Shown here one piece after another: positions 9,119 through 18,713 of a DNA stretch of 61,597 bases. The notes beneath the pieces were generated by a model. That model did not search any database. It saw nothing but the letters and a program-made list of their open reading frames with translations, and was not told where the DNA came from. This stretch comes from an uncultured Clostridia bacterium (GTDB lineage Bacteria; Bacillota; Clostridia; TANB77; CAG-508), in contig CALXRZ010000002.1 of assembly GCA_944391015.1 (NCBI GenBank), positions 1-61,597 on the forward strand, in the 5' to 3' direction. The position numbers were made by a program, and so were the translations under genes. Each line of letters starts with the position of its first letter. Within the stretch, counting starts at the first letter, position 1.

Positions 9119-9811
9119 ATGCTTAAAGCAAATGATGGAAAACAATTAGAAATTGAAGTTGAATCAAATAAATATTGTAGATATGCAATACATACACATT
9201 TTATACAAATTGGTGAAGATTATATAGACATTATAGAAAAATACGTAAAGCCAATATATAAACCAGGAGACTTTATATCAATTAGTGAAAAGATTATTTC
9301 ACTGTGCCAAAAAAGGGTTATATACAAAAAAGATATGAAAGTTAGCTTTCTAGCTAAATTTTTATCAAAGTTTGCAATGAGAAGCGATGCTGGAATTGGA
9401 GTTGATTGTCCATATAAAATGCAAGTCGCGATAGACCTTTGTGGACGTTTTAAAGTTATATATGCAGCAGTTAGAGCTGGAATAGGGAAGATATGTAAAA
9501 AGAAAGGAATCTTTTACGATATAGTAGGGCAAGAAATAAGTGGCTTAGATGGCTTTTATGGAAAAGCATTCCCAGAATATGCAGAATTTGGCATACGTAT
9601 ACCAGAAAAACCGGATAAAGTATGTAATGAAATATATCAAAAACTAGGAATAAACTCAATGATTGTAGATGCAAACGATTTTAATGTAGAAATACTAGGA
9701 AAATCAAATAATCTATGTTATAATGATGAAGAATTAAAACAAATTATACAAGATAATCCAGCTGGACAATCGAATCAGTTAACACCAATTGTTTTAATTA
9801 GAAAAATGTAG
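9119..9811 (+). CDS. F420-0:gamma-glutamyl ligase-like (CofE/COG1478 family) protein
   Basis: ISEKIISLCQ and C-terminal NPAGQSNQLTPIVLIR resemble CofE-family blocks. Confidence 0.5.
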   Translation: MLKANDGKQLEIEVESNKYCRYAIHTHFIQIGEDYIDIIEKYVKPIYKPGDFISISEKIISLCQKRVIYKKDMKVSFLAKFLSKFAMRSDAGIGVDCPYKMQVAIDLCGRFKVIYAAVRAGIGKICKKKGIFYDIVGQEISGLDGFYGKAFPEYAEFGIRIPEKPDKVCNEIYQKLGINSMIVDANDFNVEILGKSNNLCYNDEELKQIIQDNPAGQSNQLTPIVLIRKM

Positions 9812-9874
9812 GTAAAAATAGGTAATTCGTACCTATACTAGAAATATACTACAGGTAAAGGAACATAACAAGTT

Positions 9875-10543
9875 ATGAAAGTTTTAATTATAGAAGATGA
9901 TAAAATATTATCTGACACAATAAAACAATGTATAGAAAAAATATATGATGTCTCACAAGAATTTGATGGATATTCTGGATATATGATGGCAAAAGAGGGA
10001 ATATATGACATAATTATACTTGACCTTATGCTTCCAGAAATGTCTGGATATGATGTACTAAAAAAATTGAGGGAAGAAAAGGTATACACACCAGTACTAA
10101 TTTTAACTGCTAAAGATGGGTTAGATGACAAGCTAAAAGGCTTTAATTATGGTGCTGATGATTACTTAGTAAAGCCTTTTGAAAGAGAAGAACTAATAGC
10201 AAGACTTAATGCAATTATACGAAGAACTACAAATAACTTTACTGAAAATGTGCTAGAATTTAAAAATATGAAATTGTATTTAAACTCAAGAAAATTAATA
10301 ATAAACGATGAAGAGGTACCATTACAAGGAAAGCAATTTGACATATTAGAGTATTTAATAAGTTCTAAAAATACAATCATAACTAAAGAACAAATTTTTG
10401 AAAGAATATGGGGCTTTGACTCTGCCACAACTACAAATGTTGTTGAAGTATATGCAAGTGGGCTTAGGAAAATTTTGAAAAAATATGATTGTGATAAATA
10501 TATAAAAACCATAAGAGGAGTTGGATATATTTTAAATGAGTGA
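9875..10543 (+). CDS. OmpR-family response regulator
   Basis: Receiver domain (IILDLMLP) plus winged-helix C-terminus (IRGVGYIL). Confidence 0.92.
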   Translation: MKVLIIEDDKILSDTIKQCIEKIYDVSQEFDGYSGYMMAKEGIYDIIILDLMLPEMSGYDVLKKLREEKVYTPVLILTAKDGLDDKLKGFNYGADDYLVKPFEREELIARLNAIIRRTTNNFTENVLEFKNMKLYLNSRKLIINDEEVPLQGKQFDILEYLISSKNTIITKEQIFERIWGFDSATTTNVVEVYASGLRKILKKYDCDKYIKTIRGVGYILNE

Positions 10544-11822
10544 AGAAAAGAAGATGAAAAGGAACTTACTAAAGAATATGCTATTTAGTTTTATTGTGTT
10601 TGCAATATTACTTTTGATATTTGATTTTATAATATATAATCAAATATCAATTTCTCTATATAAAGATATAGATAAAGAACTATATATGCAAAAAGCTAAG
10701 TATGATGGGGAGGAACAATCCGAAAAACCTACGAATATGGTAGATACAAATAAAAATTCTGGCAAAAAAGATTATTATAACATAAAGAATCTAAATCCAA
10801 GAATTATACTAGTACTAAGAAATGAAAATGGTGAAATTACTAACAAGGAAGCATTGGGAAAAATATATGAAAAGTATAGTGATACAATTCCATTTAATAA
10901 TAAAAACTTAATGCAAATATATAATTTAAAGTTGGATGATAAATACAACTATAGAGCTTTGAACTTTGAAACTACAAACGATGATGGAAAAACAACGTAT
11001 ATCCAACTATTAGCTAATGTTGATGGTGAAGAAAAAACTCTAAACAATCTTTTACAAATGTTAATAATAGGAACAATCATCTTAGATACTATATCTATTT
11101 TAGCAAGTTACATATTGTCTAAAAAAATGATGATGCCAATATATAATGCATATAAAAGGCAAACTGAATTTGTGGAAAATGCTTCACACGAACTTCGTAC
11201 ACCACTTACCATAATTCAAGCAAAGCAAGAACTTTTATTGCAAGAACCAGAAAGCAAAATAATAGATAAATCAGAAGACATAAATTTAACATTAAAAGAA
11301 ACAAGAAGACTATCTAAAATGATAAAAGAGCTTATGGCTTTAGCAAGGTCAGACTCAAATGAATATGTTTTAAACAAAGAAGAAATAAACATAGATGAAC
11401 TGATACAAGAAATAGTAAAACCATACATAGATTATGCAAAGGTTGAAAACAAGACTATAAAATTAGAACTAAGCTATAAAAAAGAAATAAAAGTAGACAG
11501 AAATAAAATAACAGAACTTTTGATAATTCTTTTGGACAACGCAATAAAATACACTGGCGAGAATGACACTATTACAATAAAGACATACAGTAAAGACGGA
11601 AAATGCAATATAGAAGTTGCTGACACAGGAATAGGAATTAGTGACGAGGGCTTAAAAAGAGTATTTGAAAGATTTTACAGAGAAGATAAGGCTAGAACAA
11701 GAGAAAAGGGAGGCACGGGTCTTGGATTATCTATAGCACATACCATTGTGACTAGACACAAAGGTAGTATAAGAGCAATGCATAATAAGCCAAAGGGAAC
11801 GGTGTTTTTGGTTAGGATATAG
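10536..11822 (+). CDS. Sensor histidine kinase
   Basis: Two TM segments, H-box SHELRTPLT, N and G boxes (DNAIKY, DTGIGI, GGTGLGLSI); ATGA overlap with the regulator gene. Confidence 0.92.
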   Translation: MSEEKKMKRNLLKNMLFSFIVFAILLLIFDFIIYNQISISLYKDIDKELYMQKAKYDGEEQSEKPTNMVDTNKNSGKKDYYNIKNLNPRIILVLRNENGEITNKEALGKIYEKYSDTIPFNNKNLMQIYNLKLDDKYNYRALNFETTNDDGKTTYIQLLANVDGEEKTLNNLLQMLIIGTIILDTISILASYILSKKMMMPIYNAYKRQTEFVENASHELRTPLTIIQAKQELLLQEPESKIIDKSEDINLTLKETRRLSKMIKELMALARSDSNEYVLNKEEINIDELIQEIVKPYIDYAKVENKTIKLELSYKKEIKVDRNKITELLIILLDNAIKYTGENDTITIKTYSKDGKCNIEVADTGIGISDEGLKRVFERFYREDKARTREKGGTGLGLSIAHTIVTRHKGSIRAMHNKPKGTVFLVRI

Positions 11823-11844
11823 GAGGTGCAAAAAAAATTAACTT

Positions 11845-11878
11845 TTTGCACCCTTTTTGCGTTAAACTTATATCTAAT
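11845..11878 (+). promoter_or_regulatory. Promoter/operator-like motif shared with 14157..14190
   Basis: TTTGCACCCTTTTTG, 10 nt, ATATCTAAT; both blocks identical at the same spacing in both copies. Confidence 0.5.
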
Positions 11879-11897
11879 AATAAGGAGAGAAAATACA

Positions 11898-12449
11898 GTG
11901 GAAGAATTAGTTATTCGTAGCCTTAATGGAGATAAAGATGCATTCACACAATTAGTAAAACTTATAGATGTAGATTTATATAGAATTGCCAATGCAAAAC
12001 TTGAAAATATAGAAGACATTAACGATGCAATACAAGAAACTATATTGATAGGCTATAAATCTATTCAAAATTTAGAAGAACCTAAATACTTTAAAACGTG
12101 GATAATAAAAATACTAATTAACGAGTGTAATAAAATATACAAACAGAACAAGAGAAAAAAAGGTGTATTTGATGAACTTACAAATGCTGATGACTATATT
12201 GTAAATGAAGATATAAATTTACTAAATATTGAATACAAATTAGATTTAGAAAATATTTTTGAATTTTTAAATTATGATGAAAAAATTGCTATAGTACTAT
12301 TTTATGATTGTAATTATACACTAAAAGAAGTTGCAAAATTGTTAAATACTAGCACAAATACTATAAAAAGTAGAATAAATAGAGCAAAGAAAAAAATAAA
12401 AATATATTATAAAGGAGGTGTGGAAAGTGAAACAACAGGAAGAAAATGA
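11898..12449 (+). CDS. ECF-type (sigma-70 family) RNA polymerase sigma factor
   Basis: Region 2-like DLYRIA...AIQETILIGY and region 4 HTH YTLKEVAKLLNTSTNTIKSRINRAKKKI; start set at the GTG after AAGGAGA. Confidence 0.85.
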   Translation: MEELVIRSLNGDKDAFTQLVKLIDVDLYRIANAKLENIEDINDAIQETILIGYKSIQNLEEPKYFKTWIIKILINECNKIYKQNKRKKGVFDELTNADDYIVNEDINLLNIEYKLDLENIFEFLNYDEKIAIVLFYDCNYTLKEVAKLLNTSTNTIKSRINRAKKKIKIYYKGGVESETTGRK

Positions 12450-13572
12450 AAAACAAAACCATAGTCAAATAAGTAATAATAAAAATACTGACTGTTCTTC
12501 AGAAAAAGAAAAAACAGATGAAATAGATGAACTATTATACAACTATTTTAAACAAAACAGAGAAGTTCCCGAATCAACTACCAAAGTAATTGAAACAACT
12601 CTTTATAATAAGAAAAATGCAAAGGCTAAATCAACTAAAAATATGCATAATTTTAGATTTATTTTATCAAAAGTAGCTATATTTATATTATGCATTTCTG
12701 TTATAGGCACAGGGGTTACTTTTGCAAGCAATATAAGCAATTTTTTTAAGAATTTATTTGGCTTAAATAATGTAGGAATAAATAACGCCAGCGTAGTTAG
12801 TGCAATAGAGAATAATTATGTACAAAACGTAGATATGGATTATATTAAAGTAAATGATGACTATAGTATAAAAATAGATTATTTAATGATGGACGATATA
12901 AATTTGTATACTGTATTCAATATGTATTCAGAAAATGGATTCGATACGAATTATAGAATATCGATATTGGATTTAAAAATTATAGCAGATGACGAGTTGA
13001 TATATGATATTTCTAAGGAGAATAATTGTACTATTGATGTATCAACAGGATATAAGCAAATAGTACAAGAAGAAAATACGATAAAGCGAGAGCTAATGTT
13101 TTTAATGTCTGATGAATTTCCAAAGGCTAAAAAGTTGGAATATAAATTTTCAAAAATTACTTTGTATAATAATTCTGCACCAACTGAAAATATAATAGAA
13201 ATAAATTGTGATAAAGAAATAACGATTGAAATTGATGTTATAGATAAGTTTATAAATAGAGATGTTTTATATATTGATGTTAATAATGAGAGCAGTTTAT
13301 ATAAAATTAACAAATTCATCGCAAATGATACGGGTACATATTTAGTGTATGAGACTGAAAAACCAGAAGTGCAGATTGAATTAGTATATAATAGTAAAGT
13401 TTATGAGGGGGAACAAGGAGGATTAGGTTTTAATGGCGATAGTTATGTCTTTGTTCTACAATATAATATAAATATGTATGAAATTACAGAGGCAAGTAAA
13501 ATAGAACTAAAGGAAGAAATGGGTGAGAAAATGGAAATAGAACCAATAGAAAATATGAATCAAATAGAGTAA
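12427..13572 (+). CDS. Putative anti-sigma factor (single-pass membrane protein)
   Basis: Overlaps the sigma gene 3' end; cytoplasmic N-terminus, one TM helix (VAIFILCISVIGTGV), about 280-aa external domain; function inferred from position only. Confidence 0.5.
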   Translation: MKQQEENEKQNHSQISNNKNTDCSSEKEKTDEIDELLYNYFKQNREVPESTTKVIETTLYNKKNAKAKSTKNMHNFRFILSKVAIFILCISVIGTGVTFASNISNFFKNLFGLNNVGINNASVVSAIENNYVQNVDMDYIKVNDDYSIKIDYLMMDDINLYTVFNMYSENGFDTNYRISILDLKIIADDELIYDISKENNCTIDVSTGYKQIVQEENTIKRELMFLMSDEFPKAKKLEYKFSKITLYNNSAPTENIIEINCDKEITIEIDVIDKFINRDVLYIDVNNESSLYKINKFIANDTGTYLVYETEKPEVQIELVYNSKVYEGEQGGLGFNGDSYVFVLQYNINMYEITEASKIELKEEMGEKMEIEPIENMNQIE

Positions 13573-13574
13573 GA

Positions 13575-13621
13575 AAAAAGCTAGTAAAAGAAGTGTTAAT
13601 ACTTATATTTACTAGCTTTTT
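13575..13621. terminator. Bidirectional terminator
   Basis: AAAAAGCTAGTAAA ... TTTACTAGCTTTTT. Confidence 0.7.
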
Positions 13622-13638
13622 AGAATTAAATATATTTA

Positions 13639-14061
13639 CTATTGTTGCCAGCTATATGTTTTTAAGTCTAAAGTAATATTGGCAGATTTGTCGGTACAGG
13701 TTATTTTTAGTGATACATAACTTCCACCATTACCAATAGGAATATGGTCAGCTTTTCTATTTACACCATCCGTATACATTCTGTATTGCTTTGTTGTATT
13801 TGTATTACTTATATATACTGTAATTATTATTTCGTGTGATTCTCCATCTGAAGCTATTGCTTTTGCTTCGAATGCCATATAATTTCCATCAAAATTATCA
13901 TAATAATTATAAGTTCCTTTAAAAGTTACTGGACTTGGATCATAATACGAAAATGGTGAAATCTCCACTGCTTGTGCTTTTAGTGGAAAACAGCACATAA
14001 ATAAAGATAAGATGCAAAAAAATGTTAAAATCAATATGATTGATTTTCTTTTTAGACTCAT
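13639..14061 (-). CDS. Hypothetical secreted protein
   Basis: Start set at the ATG after AAGGGGG (residue 16 of the track ORF); signal peptide ending KAQA. Confidence 0.6.
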   Translation of the reverse strand: MSLKRKSIILILTFFCILSLFMCCFPLKAQAVEISPFSYYDPSPVTFKGTYNYYDNFDGNYMAFEAKAIASDGESHEIIITVYISNTNTTKQYRMYTDGVNRKADHIPIGNGGSYVSLKITCTDKSANITLDLKTYSWQQ

Positions 14062-14156
14062 AAAAAGTCCCCCTTTCCTAATTTTTAATGTAATTATATC
14101 AAACAAAAATGCTTAAACAAGAAAAGACACAAAAAGACACAAAATATTTTGGAAAA

Positions 14157-14190
14157 TTTGCACCCTTTTTGTAGAATCTTAATATCTAAT
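14157..14190 (+). promoter_or_regulatory. Second copy of the motif found upstream of the sigma gene
   Basis: TTTGCACCCTTTTTGTAGAATCTTAATATCTAAT upstream of 14221..14310 and the 14326..16814 cluster. Confidence 0.5.
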
Positions 14191-14220
14191 GTATAGAAAG
14201 AAAAATGAAGAGGATATTTT

Positions 14221-14310
14221 ATGATAAATATTTTAATTGCAGACAATGATATAAAATATGCTGTTAATTTAATGAATAAATTTGATTATATGTACAATAA
14301 CAAATATTAA
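14221..14310 (+). pseudogene. 29-aa ORF resembling the first strand of a response-regulator receiver domain; probable gene remnant
   Basis: MINILIADNDIKYAVNLMN..., AGAGGA RBS; too short to be a receiver domain. Confidence 0.3.
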
Positions 14311-14325
14311 TTTTAGGAGGAATTT

Positions 14326-15006
14326 ATGAAAAAAAATAAAATTATATTTATTGTGATTGCAATTATCCTTATATTAACAATTGCAATAATTACAATAATG
14401 CAATTATATTATAGAAAAGGTATAAAAAACTCAAACTTAGAATTATATAATGGTTTACCAGTAAATATTTCAAGAGCTTCATATTTATTTGATACATCTA
14501 CACCAGAAAAAGCAGTAGGAATTAGTGATTATGTATTTGTAGCTAAAATAAATAAAATTGCAAGAACGGAATATCGAGACCCAGTTACCATAGAGACTGG
14601 ATTATTCAGTAGTGAAGTTTGGACAACTCCATATACATACTACGAAATAGAAGTAGTGAAAAATATAAAAGGAGAATTAATAACTTCAGAGCCAATAGAA
14701 TATATGCAATATGGTGGCTTAGAAGAAGATGGAAAAAGTTATACGTTTATTCAAGGTACAAGCTTATTAGAAATAGGAAAATATTATATTCTTATGGCAG
14801 ATACATATGGTGAAAATGGTGGAGACATCAGTGGAACAGAACCTAATAGAATAGTGTTGTTAGATGGGGTCACAAGTAATGAAGAAGTAGAAAGCTCTGA
14901 ATTAGTAAAGAGATATGAAGAGGCATATGAAAATGAATTTATCCCAGAGGGATTTTATAATTGGGAAAGATATACTTCAAAATATGATGTGAACTACGAT
15001 GGGTAG
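14326..15006 (+). CDS. Membrane-anchored hypothetical protein, family A
   Basis: N-terminal TM; paralog of 16170..16814 (shared AVGISDYVFVAK, VVKNIKGELITSEPIEYMQYGG, SKYDVNY). Confidence 0.75.
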   Translation: MKKNKIIFIVIAIILILTIAIITIMQLYYRKGIKNSNLELYNGLPVNISRASYLFDTSTPEKAVGISDYVFVAKINKIARTEYRDPVTIETGLFSSEVWTTPYTYYEIEVVKNIKGELITSEPIEYMQYGGLEEDGKSYTFIQGTSLLEIGKYYILMADTYGENGGDISGTEPNRIVLLDGVTSNEEVESSELVKRYEEAYENEFIPEGFYNWERYTSKYDVNYDG

Positions 15007-15136
15007 TGGCTATAAATTATTTATTAAGATAAAAGGCAGTGACAAAATTCACTACTTTTTATCTTTAAAAAAATAATTTACTTGCAAAAAATAGATACTT
15101 ATGTTATCTTAAAATAAAAAAAGGAGATGTAAACTT

Positions 15137-15571
15137 ATGAAAAAAATAATAATTGGAGCTTTAATATTTATAATGACTATAATAATTATAGTATTATCAG
15201 TTTTACTTGTACATTATAAAAATCTATATAAAGAAGCGAGTGAACCAGTATTCGGATATTATATAAACAAAGAATTACAAATTACTAATCTTGATTTAAT
15301 AAATCACAATAGCATATATGAATATTTTTTTATAGGTGAATATAATTATGAAGAAACAATCAGACGTATAAAAATTTTACAAGCAGAAAGTGGCTCAAGT
15401 ATAGTTGATGTCAATATAATTCTAAATGATGTTGAATATAGTTCAAATAAATTAGACAACTATAAAACTATGGAGAATATAATACAAAAAAATAAGGGAA
15501 ATTATTTTATAAATGTTGATTATGACGAAGAGAGTGGCTTTATAAATTTAGTAAAAATAACAAGTATTTAA
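15137..15571 (+). CDS. Membrane-anchored hypothetical protein, family B
   Basis: N-terminal TM; paralog of 15659..16099 (shared ASEPV..YY...ELQITN). Confidence 0.7.
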   Translation: MKKIIIGALIFIMTIIIIVLSVLLVHYKNLYKEASEPVFGYYINKELQITNLDLINHNSIYEYFFIGEYNYEETIRRIKILQAESGSSIVDVNIILNDVEYSSNKLDNYKTMENIIQKNKGNYFINVDYDEESGFINLVKITSI

Positions 15572-15658
15572 TATAAAATGAGTATATAAGGTGAGAAAGT
15601 TGAAAAATTTAATTCTTTTCCAACCAGATTTGTGCCTTAGAAAGGAATGCGATAAAAT

Positions 15659-16099
15659 ATGAAAAAAATAATAATTAGAACTTTAATAATTATAATGGTT
15701 ATAACAATTATAATACTAACTGTGTTTTTAATTAAATATATTAAAATGTATAAAATTGCAAGTGAGCCAGTACGTAGCTATTATAGAGATAGTGAGTTAC
15801 AGATTACGAATGCAGATTTTGATAATCATAATGCACTTTATGTAGTGCTATCCGAAGAAGATAAACTCGAAAAAAAGGAAATATTAAGACTTATTGAATA
15901 CATCAGATATGCTAATAGTTATAACTATGATAACAAGTATTTGTATGTAAAAATACTATATAACAACAAGGAATACGATGTATTACAAGATGAAGATTAT
16001 AATTCTATATATAAAATTATAGAAAACGATAAAGACAGTTATTCATTAAACTGTATATATCTTAATGATGGTACTGTGAATTTAGTAGAAATAAGTTAA
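15659..16099 (+). CDS. Membrane-anchored hypothetical protein, family B (second copy)
   Basis: Paralog of 15137..15571. Confidence 0.7.
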   Translation: MKKIIIRTLIIIMVITIIILTVFLIKYIKMYKIASEPVRSYYRDSELQITNADFDNHNALYVVLSEEDKLEKKEILRLIEYIRYANSYNYDNKYLYVKILYNNKEYDVLQDEDYNSIYKIIENDKDSYSLNCIYLNDGTVNLVEIS

Positions 16100-16169
16100 T
16101 ATAATAAAATGTTTTAAAATGAAAAATCAATATGGCCATTATAAAACCAAAAAAAGGAGATGCAAACTT

Positions 16170-16814
16170 ATGAAAAAAAGTAAAAAATTTATTATTATGT
16201 CAGTAGTATTTGTACTAATAATTGTAGTAGCAGTAAGTGTTTACTTATTTTACAAATCAATTTCATATATTACAATAACATCTGTTTTATATATGTATGA
16301 CACATCAATTCCTGAGCAAGCAGTGGGAATAAGTGACTATGTATTTGTAGCAAAAGTTAACGGAATAGCTAGAACAGATTACATTGATATGGGAACTGTT
16401 GAACTTAAATTAACAGGTAACCAAAAAAAGTTATCACCATATACCGTTTACAACATAGATGTTGTAAAAAATATTAAAGGGGAACTAATAACTTCAGAGC
16501 CAATCGAATATATGCAATATGGTGGAATAAATGAAGATGGAAAAGGCTATACATATATTCCAGAAACTGACTTCTTAGAATCTGGAAAGTACTATTTATT
16601 ATTGGTAAATACGTTTAGAGCAGATGGAGGAATACTTGAAACATCTGATAAAAATAGAATTATATTATTAGATGATGTTGAAAGCAATGAAGACGTAGAA
16701 AATTCTGAATTAGTGAAAAAATACGAAGAGGCTTATAAAAACGAATACATTCCAGAGGGAGCCGAGGATGAAACAAGGCATATATCTAAATATGATGTGA
16801 ATTATAAAGAATAA
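16170..16814 (+). CDS. Membrane-anchored hypothetical protein, family A (second copy)
   Basis: Start set at the ATG after AAGGAG (residue 18 of the track ORF); its leader is 29/30 identical to the leader of 15137..15571. Confidence 0.75.
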   Translation: MKKSKKFIIMSVVFVLIIVVAVSVYLFYKSISYITITSVLYMYDTSIPEQAVGISDYVFVAKVNGIARTDYIDMGTVELKLTGNQKKLSPYTVYNIDVVKNIKGELITSEPIEYMQYGGINEDGKGYTYIPETDFLESGKYYLLLVNTFRADGGILETSDKNRIILLDDVESNEDVENSELVKKYEEAYKNEYIPEGAEDETRHISKYDVNYKE

Positions 16815-16832
16815 AAAAAGAGTTAATATTAA

Positions 16833-16862
16833 AAGGAGAAAACCTTAAAAAGTTTTTTCCTT
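16833..16862 (+). terminator. Terminator of the 14326..16814 cluster
   Basis: AAGGAGAAAAC / GTTTTTTCCTT followed by a T-rich tract. Confidence 0.6.
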
Positions 16863-17097
16863 TAGTTTTTATTTCTACCAACAAAAACTAAATTAAGTCT
16901 TGTCTAAAAAAGGGCATAGGTGATAAAAATGAATACGTAATAAGTTATAGAAAAAGCGCTGAAATTTACAGTTGCTAAACCAAAAGAAGTATGATATTAT
17001 TGTATCCAATAAAAAATTGAAAAAAACTGTAACAAAAATGATTTTTCTGAGACTAAATATATTGAAAGAGATTGTATAAAAAATAAGGGAGGAACTT

Positions 17098-18243
17098 ATG
17101 AAAAAGAAATTCATTTCAATAGTACTAATATTTATATTGCTGTACATAACAACAGTGCCTGCTATAGCATCTGACTTAACAGAGCTACAAGAGCAAAAAG
17201 AAGAAGCCGAAAATAAAAAAGAAGAGGTAACTCAAGAAAAAGAATCTGTTTTAGATGAAATAAGTGAATTAAATGGCCAAATTTCACAATATGAAAATGA
17301 AATAGGAAAATTAAATAGTAAAATTGAAAATTTAGAAAATTCTATTACAAATAAAGAAGAGGAAATAAAAACACTAGAAAAGGAAATAGAAGAGAAAAAA
17401 GATATGCTAATAAACAGACTTGTTGCAATGTATGAGGCTGGACAAACTACATATTTAGATGCGCTTCTTGGCTCAGAAGATTTTTCATCTTTGATATCAA
17501 ATTACTATAGAATTGAGGAAATTGCAGAAGCAGACCAAGCTGTTATAGATTCAATTACTGACAAACAGCAAAAGGCAGAAGAAGCAAAGCAAGAACTAGA
17601 AAATGAAAAAGAAGAAGTAAATAGTGCAAAAAAAGAAGTACAACAAAAAAGTAATCAGCTAGAAAAAGTTAAACTTGAAAAAGAGGAAAAAGTAGATAGT
17701 CTGTCAGAAGAGGAGAAAGAGCTACAACAAACAATAGATGATTTCGAAGAGGCAATAAAAAAAGCAAAAGAAGAAATTAAAAATTCAGTAAATTCTGGTT
17801 CAGGTTATGAAGGAACATTTGAAGGAATGTTTTCGTGGCCATTAGACTATTCAGAAAATCAAATTACATCGTTATTTGGTTATAGAGATGCACCTACAGC
17901 AGGAGCATCAGAAAACCACGGGGCAATTGACATTGCAGTAAATTATGTACCAGTTTATGCACCAGCTGATGGAAAAGTAATAATTGCAAGATGGTTATCA
18001 GGATATGGCAACTATATAATGATAGACCACGGTGATGGCTACTATACAGGTTTTGGACACTTGAATTCATATAATGTAAGTCAAGGACAAACAGTATCAA
18101 GAGGGCAACAAATTGCTGTATCGGGTAGTACTGGAATTTCAACAGGTCCACATTTACATTATGAAGTATATATTGGTGGAATAGATAATTGGTATAGAGT
18201 TGACCCATTACAGTATACAAGTCATCCTAGTTTAATATTTTAA
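17098..18243 (+). CDS. M23-family peptidoglycan endopeptidase with N-terminal coiled coil
   Basis: Signal peptide, long E/K-rich coiled coil, HGAIDIA and GPHLHYEV motifs. Confidence 0.9.
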   Translation: MKKKFISIVLIFILLYITTVPAIASDLTELQEQKEEAENKKEEVTQEKESVLDEISELNGQISQYENEIGKLNSKIENLENSITNKEEEIKTLEKEIEEKKDMLINRLVAMYEAGQTTYLDALLGSEDFSSLISNYYRIEEIAEADQAVIDSITDKQQKAEEAKQELENEKEEVNSAKKEVQQKSNQLEKVKLEKEEKVDSLSEEEKELQQTIDDFEEAIKKAKEEIKNSVNSGSGYEGTFEGMFSWPLDYSENQITSLFGYRDAPTAGASENHGAIDIAVNYVPVYAPADGKVIIARWLSGYGNYIMIDHGDGYYTGFGHLNSYNVSQGQTVSRGQQIAVSGSTGISTGPHLHYEVYIGGIDNWYRVDPLQYTSHPSLIF

Positions 18244-18251
18244 TAAAAAAG

Positions 18252-18285
18252 TACCTACTTTATGAAAATAGAGTAGGTATTATTG
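18252..18285 (+). repeat. 34-bp direct repeat 1 (terminator hairpin of the M23 gene)
   Basis: TACCTACTTTATGAAAATAGAGTAGGTATTATTG; 33/34 identical to 19745..19778. Confidence 0.85.
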
Positions 18286-18355
18286 ACTTCAATAAAATTT
18301 TATGATACAATAATAATGCCATCAAAAAGTGGCACAATAATAAAGGAGATGGCAT

Positions 18356-18712
18356 ATGAATACTATAGAAGACCAGATACGAAATCAAGGATTACTAAGA
18401 ATAAAGAAAATTATTGACAAAGATAGAAATGGAGATAGATTTATTATTGTAAGAACTAAAAAGAACATAGAATTTATGAGGGAATATAGTCTTGAATTAG
18501 AAGACATAAAAGACATAATTAGACAACTATCTATAGAAGATTGCTTTTCAGGTCCAGAAGCTGATAGAGACCCTCAGTATAAAGGTTGGATATTTAAGTT
18601 TAGCCCTATGTTCGAAGAAACAAAGCTTTATATTAAGATTAGAATTGAAAGTACAGAAAAATCAGTATGTTTATCGGTACACGAATTTGGTAAATATGAT
18701 GAGGTGGTTTAA
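18356..18712 (+). CDS. MqsR-like type II toxin (candidate)
   Basis: 118 aa; pattern DIKDIIRQLSIEDCFSGPE ... KLYIKIRI resembles MqsR-family toxins as I recall them; sits immediately 5' of a MqsA-like gene. Confidence 0.5.
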   Translation: MNTIEDQIRNQGLLRIKKIIDKDRNGDRFIIVRTKKNIEFMREYSLELEDIKDIIRQLSIEDCFSGPEADRDPQYKGWIFKFSPMFEETKLYIKIRIESTEKSVCLSVHEFGKYDEVV

Positions 18713-18713
18713 A

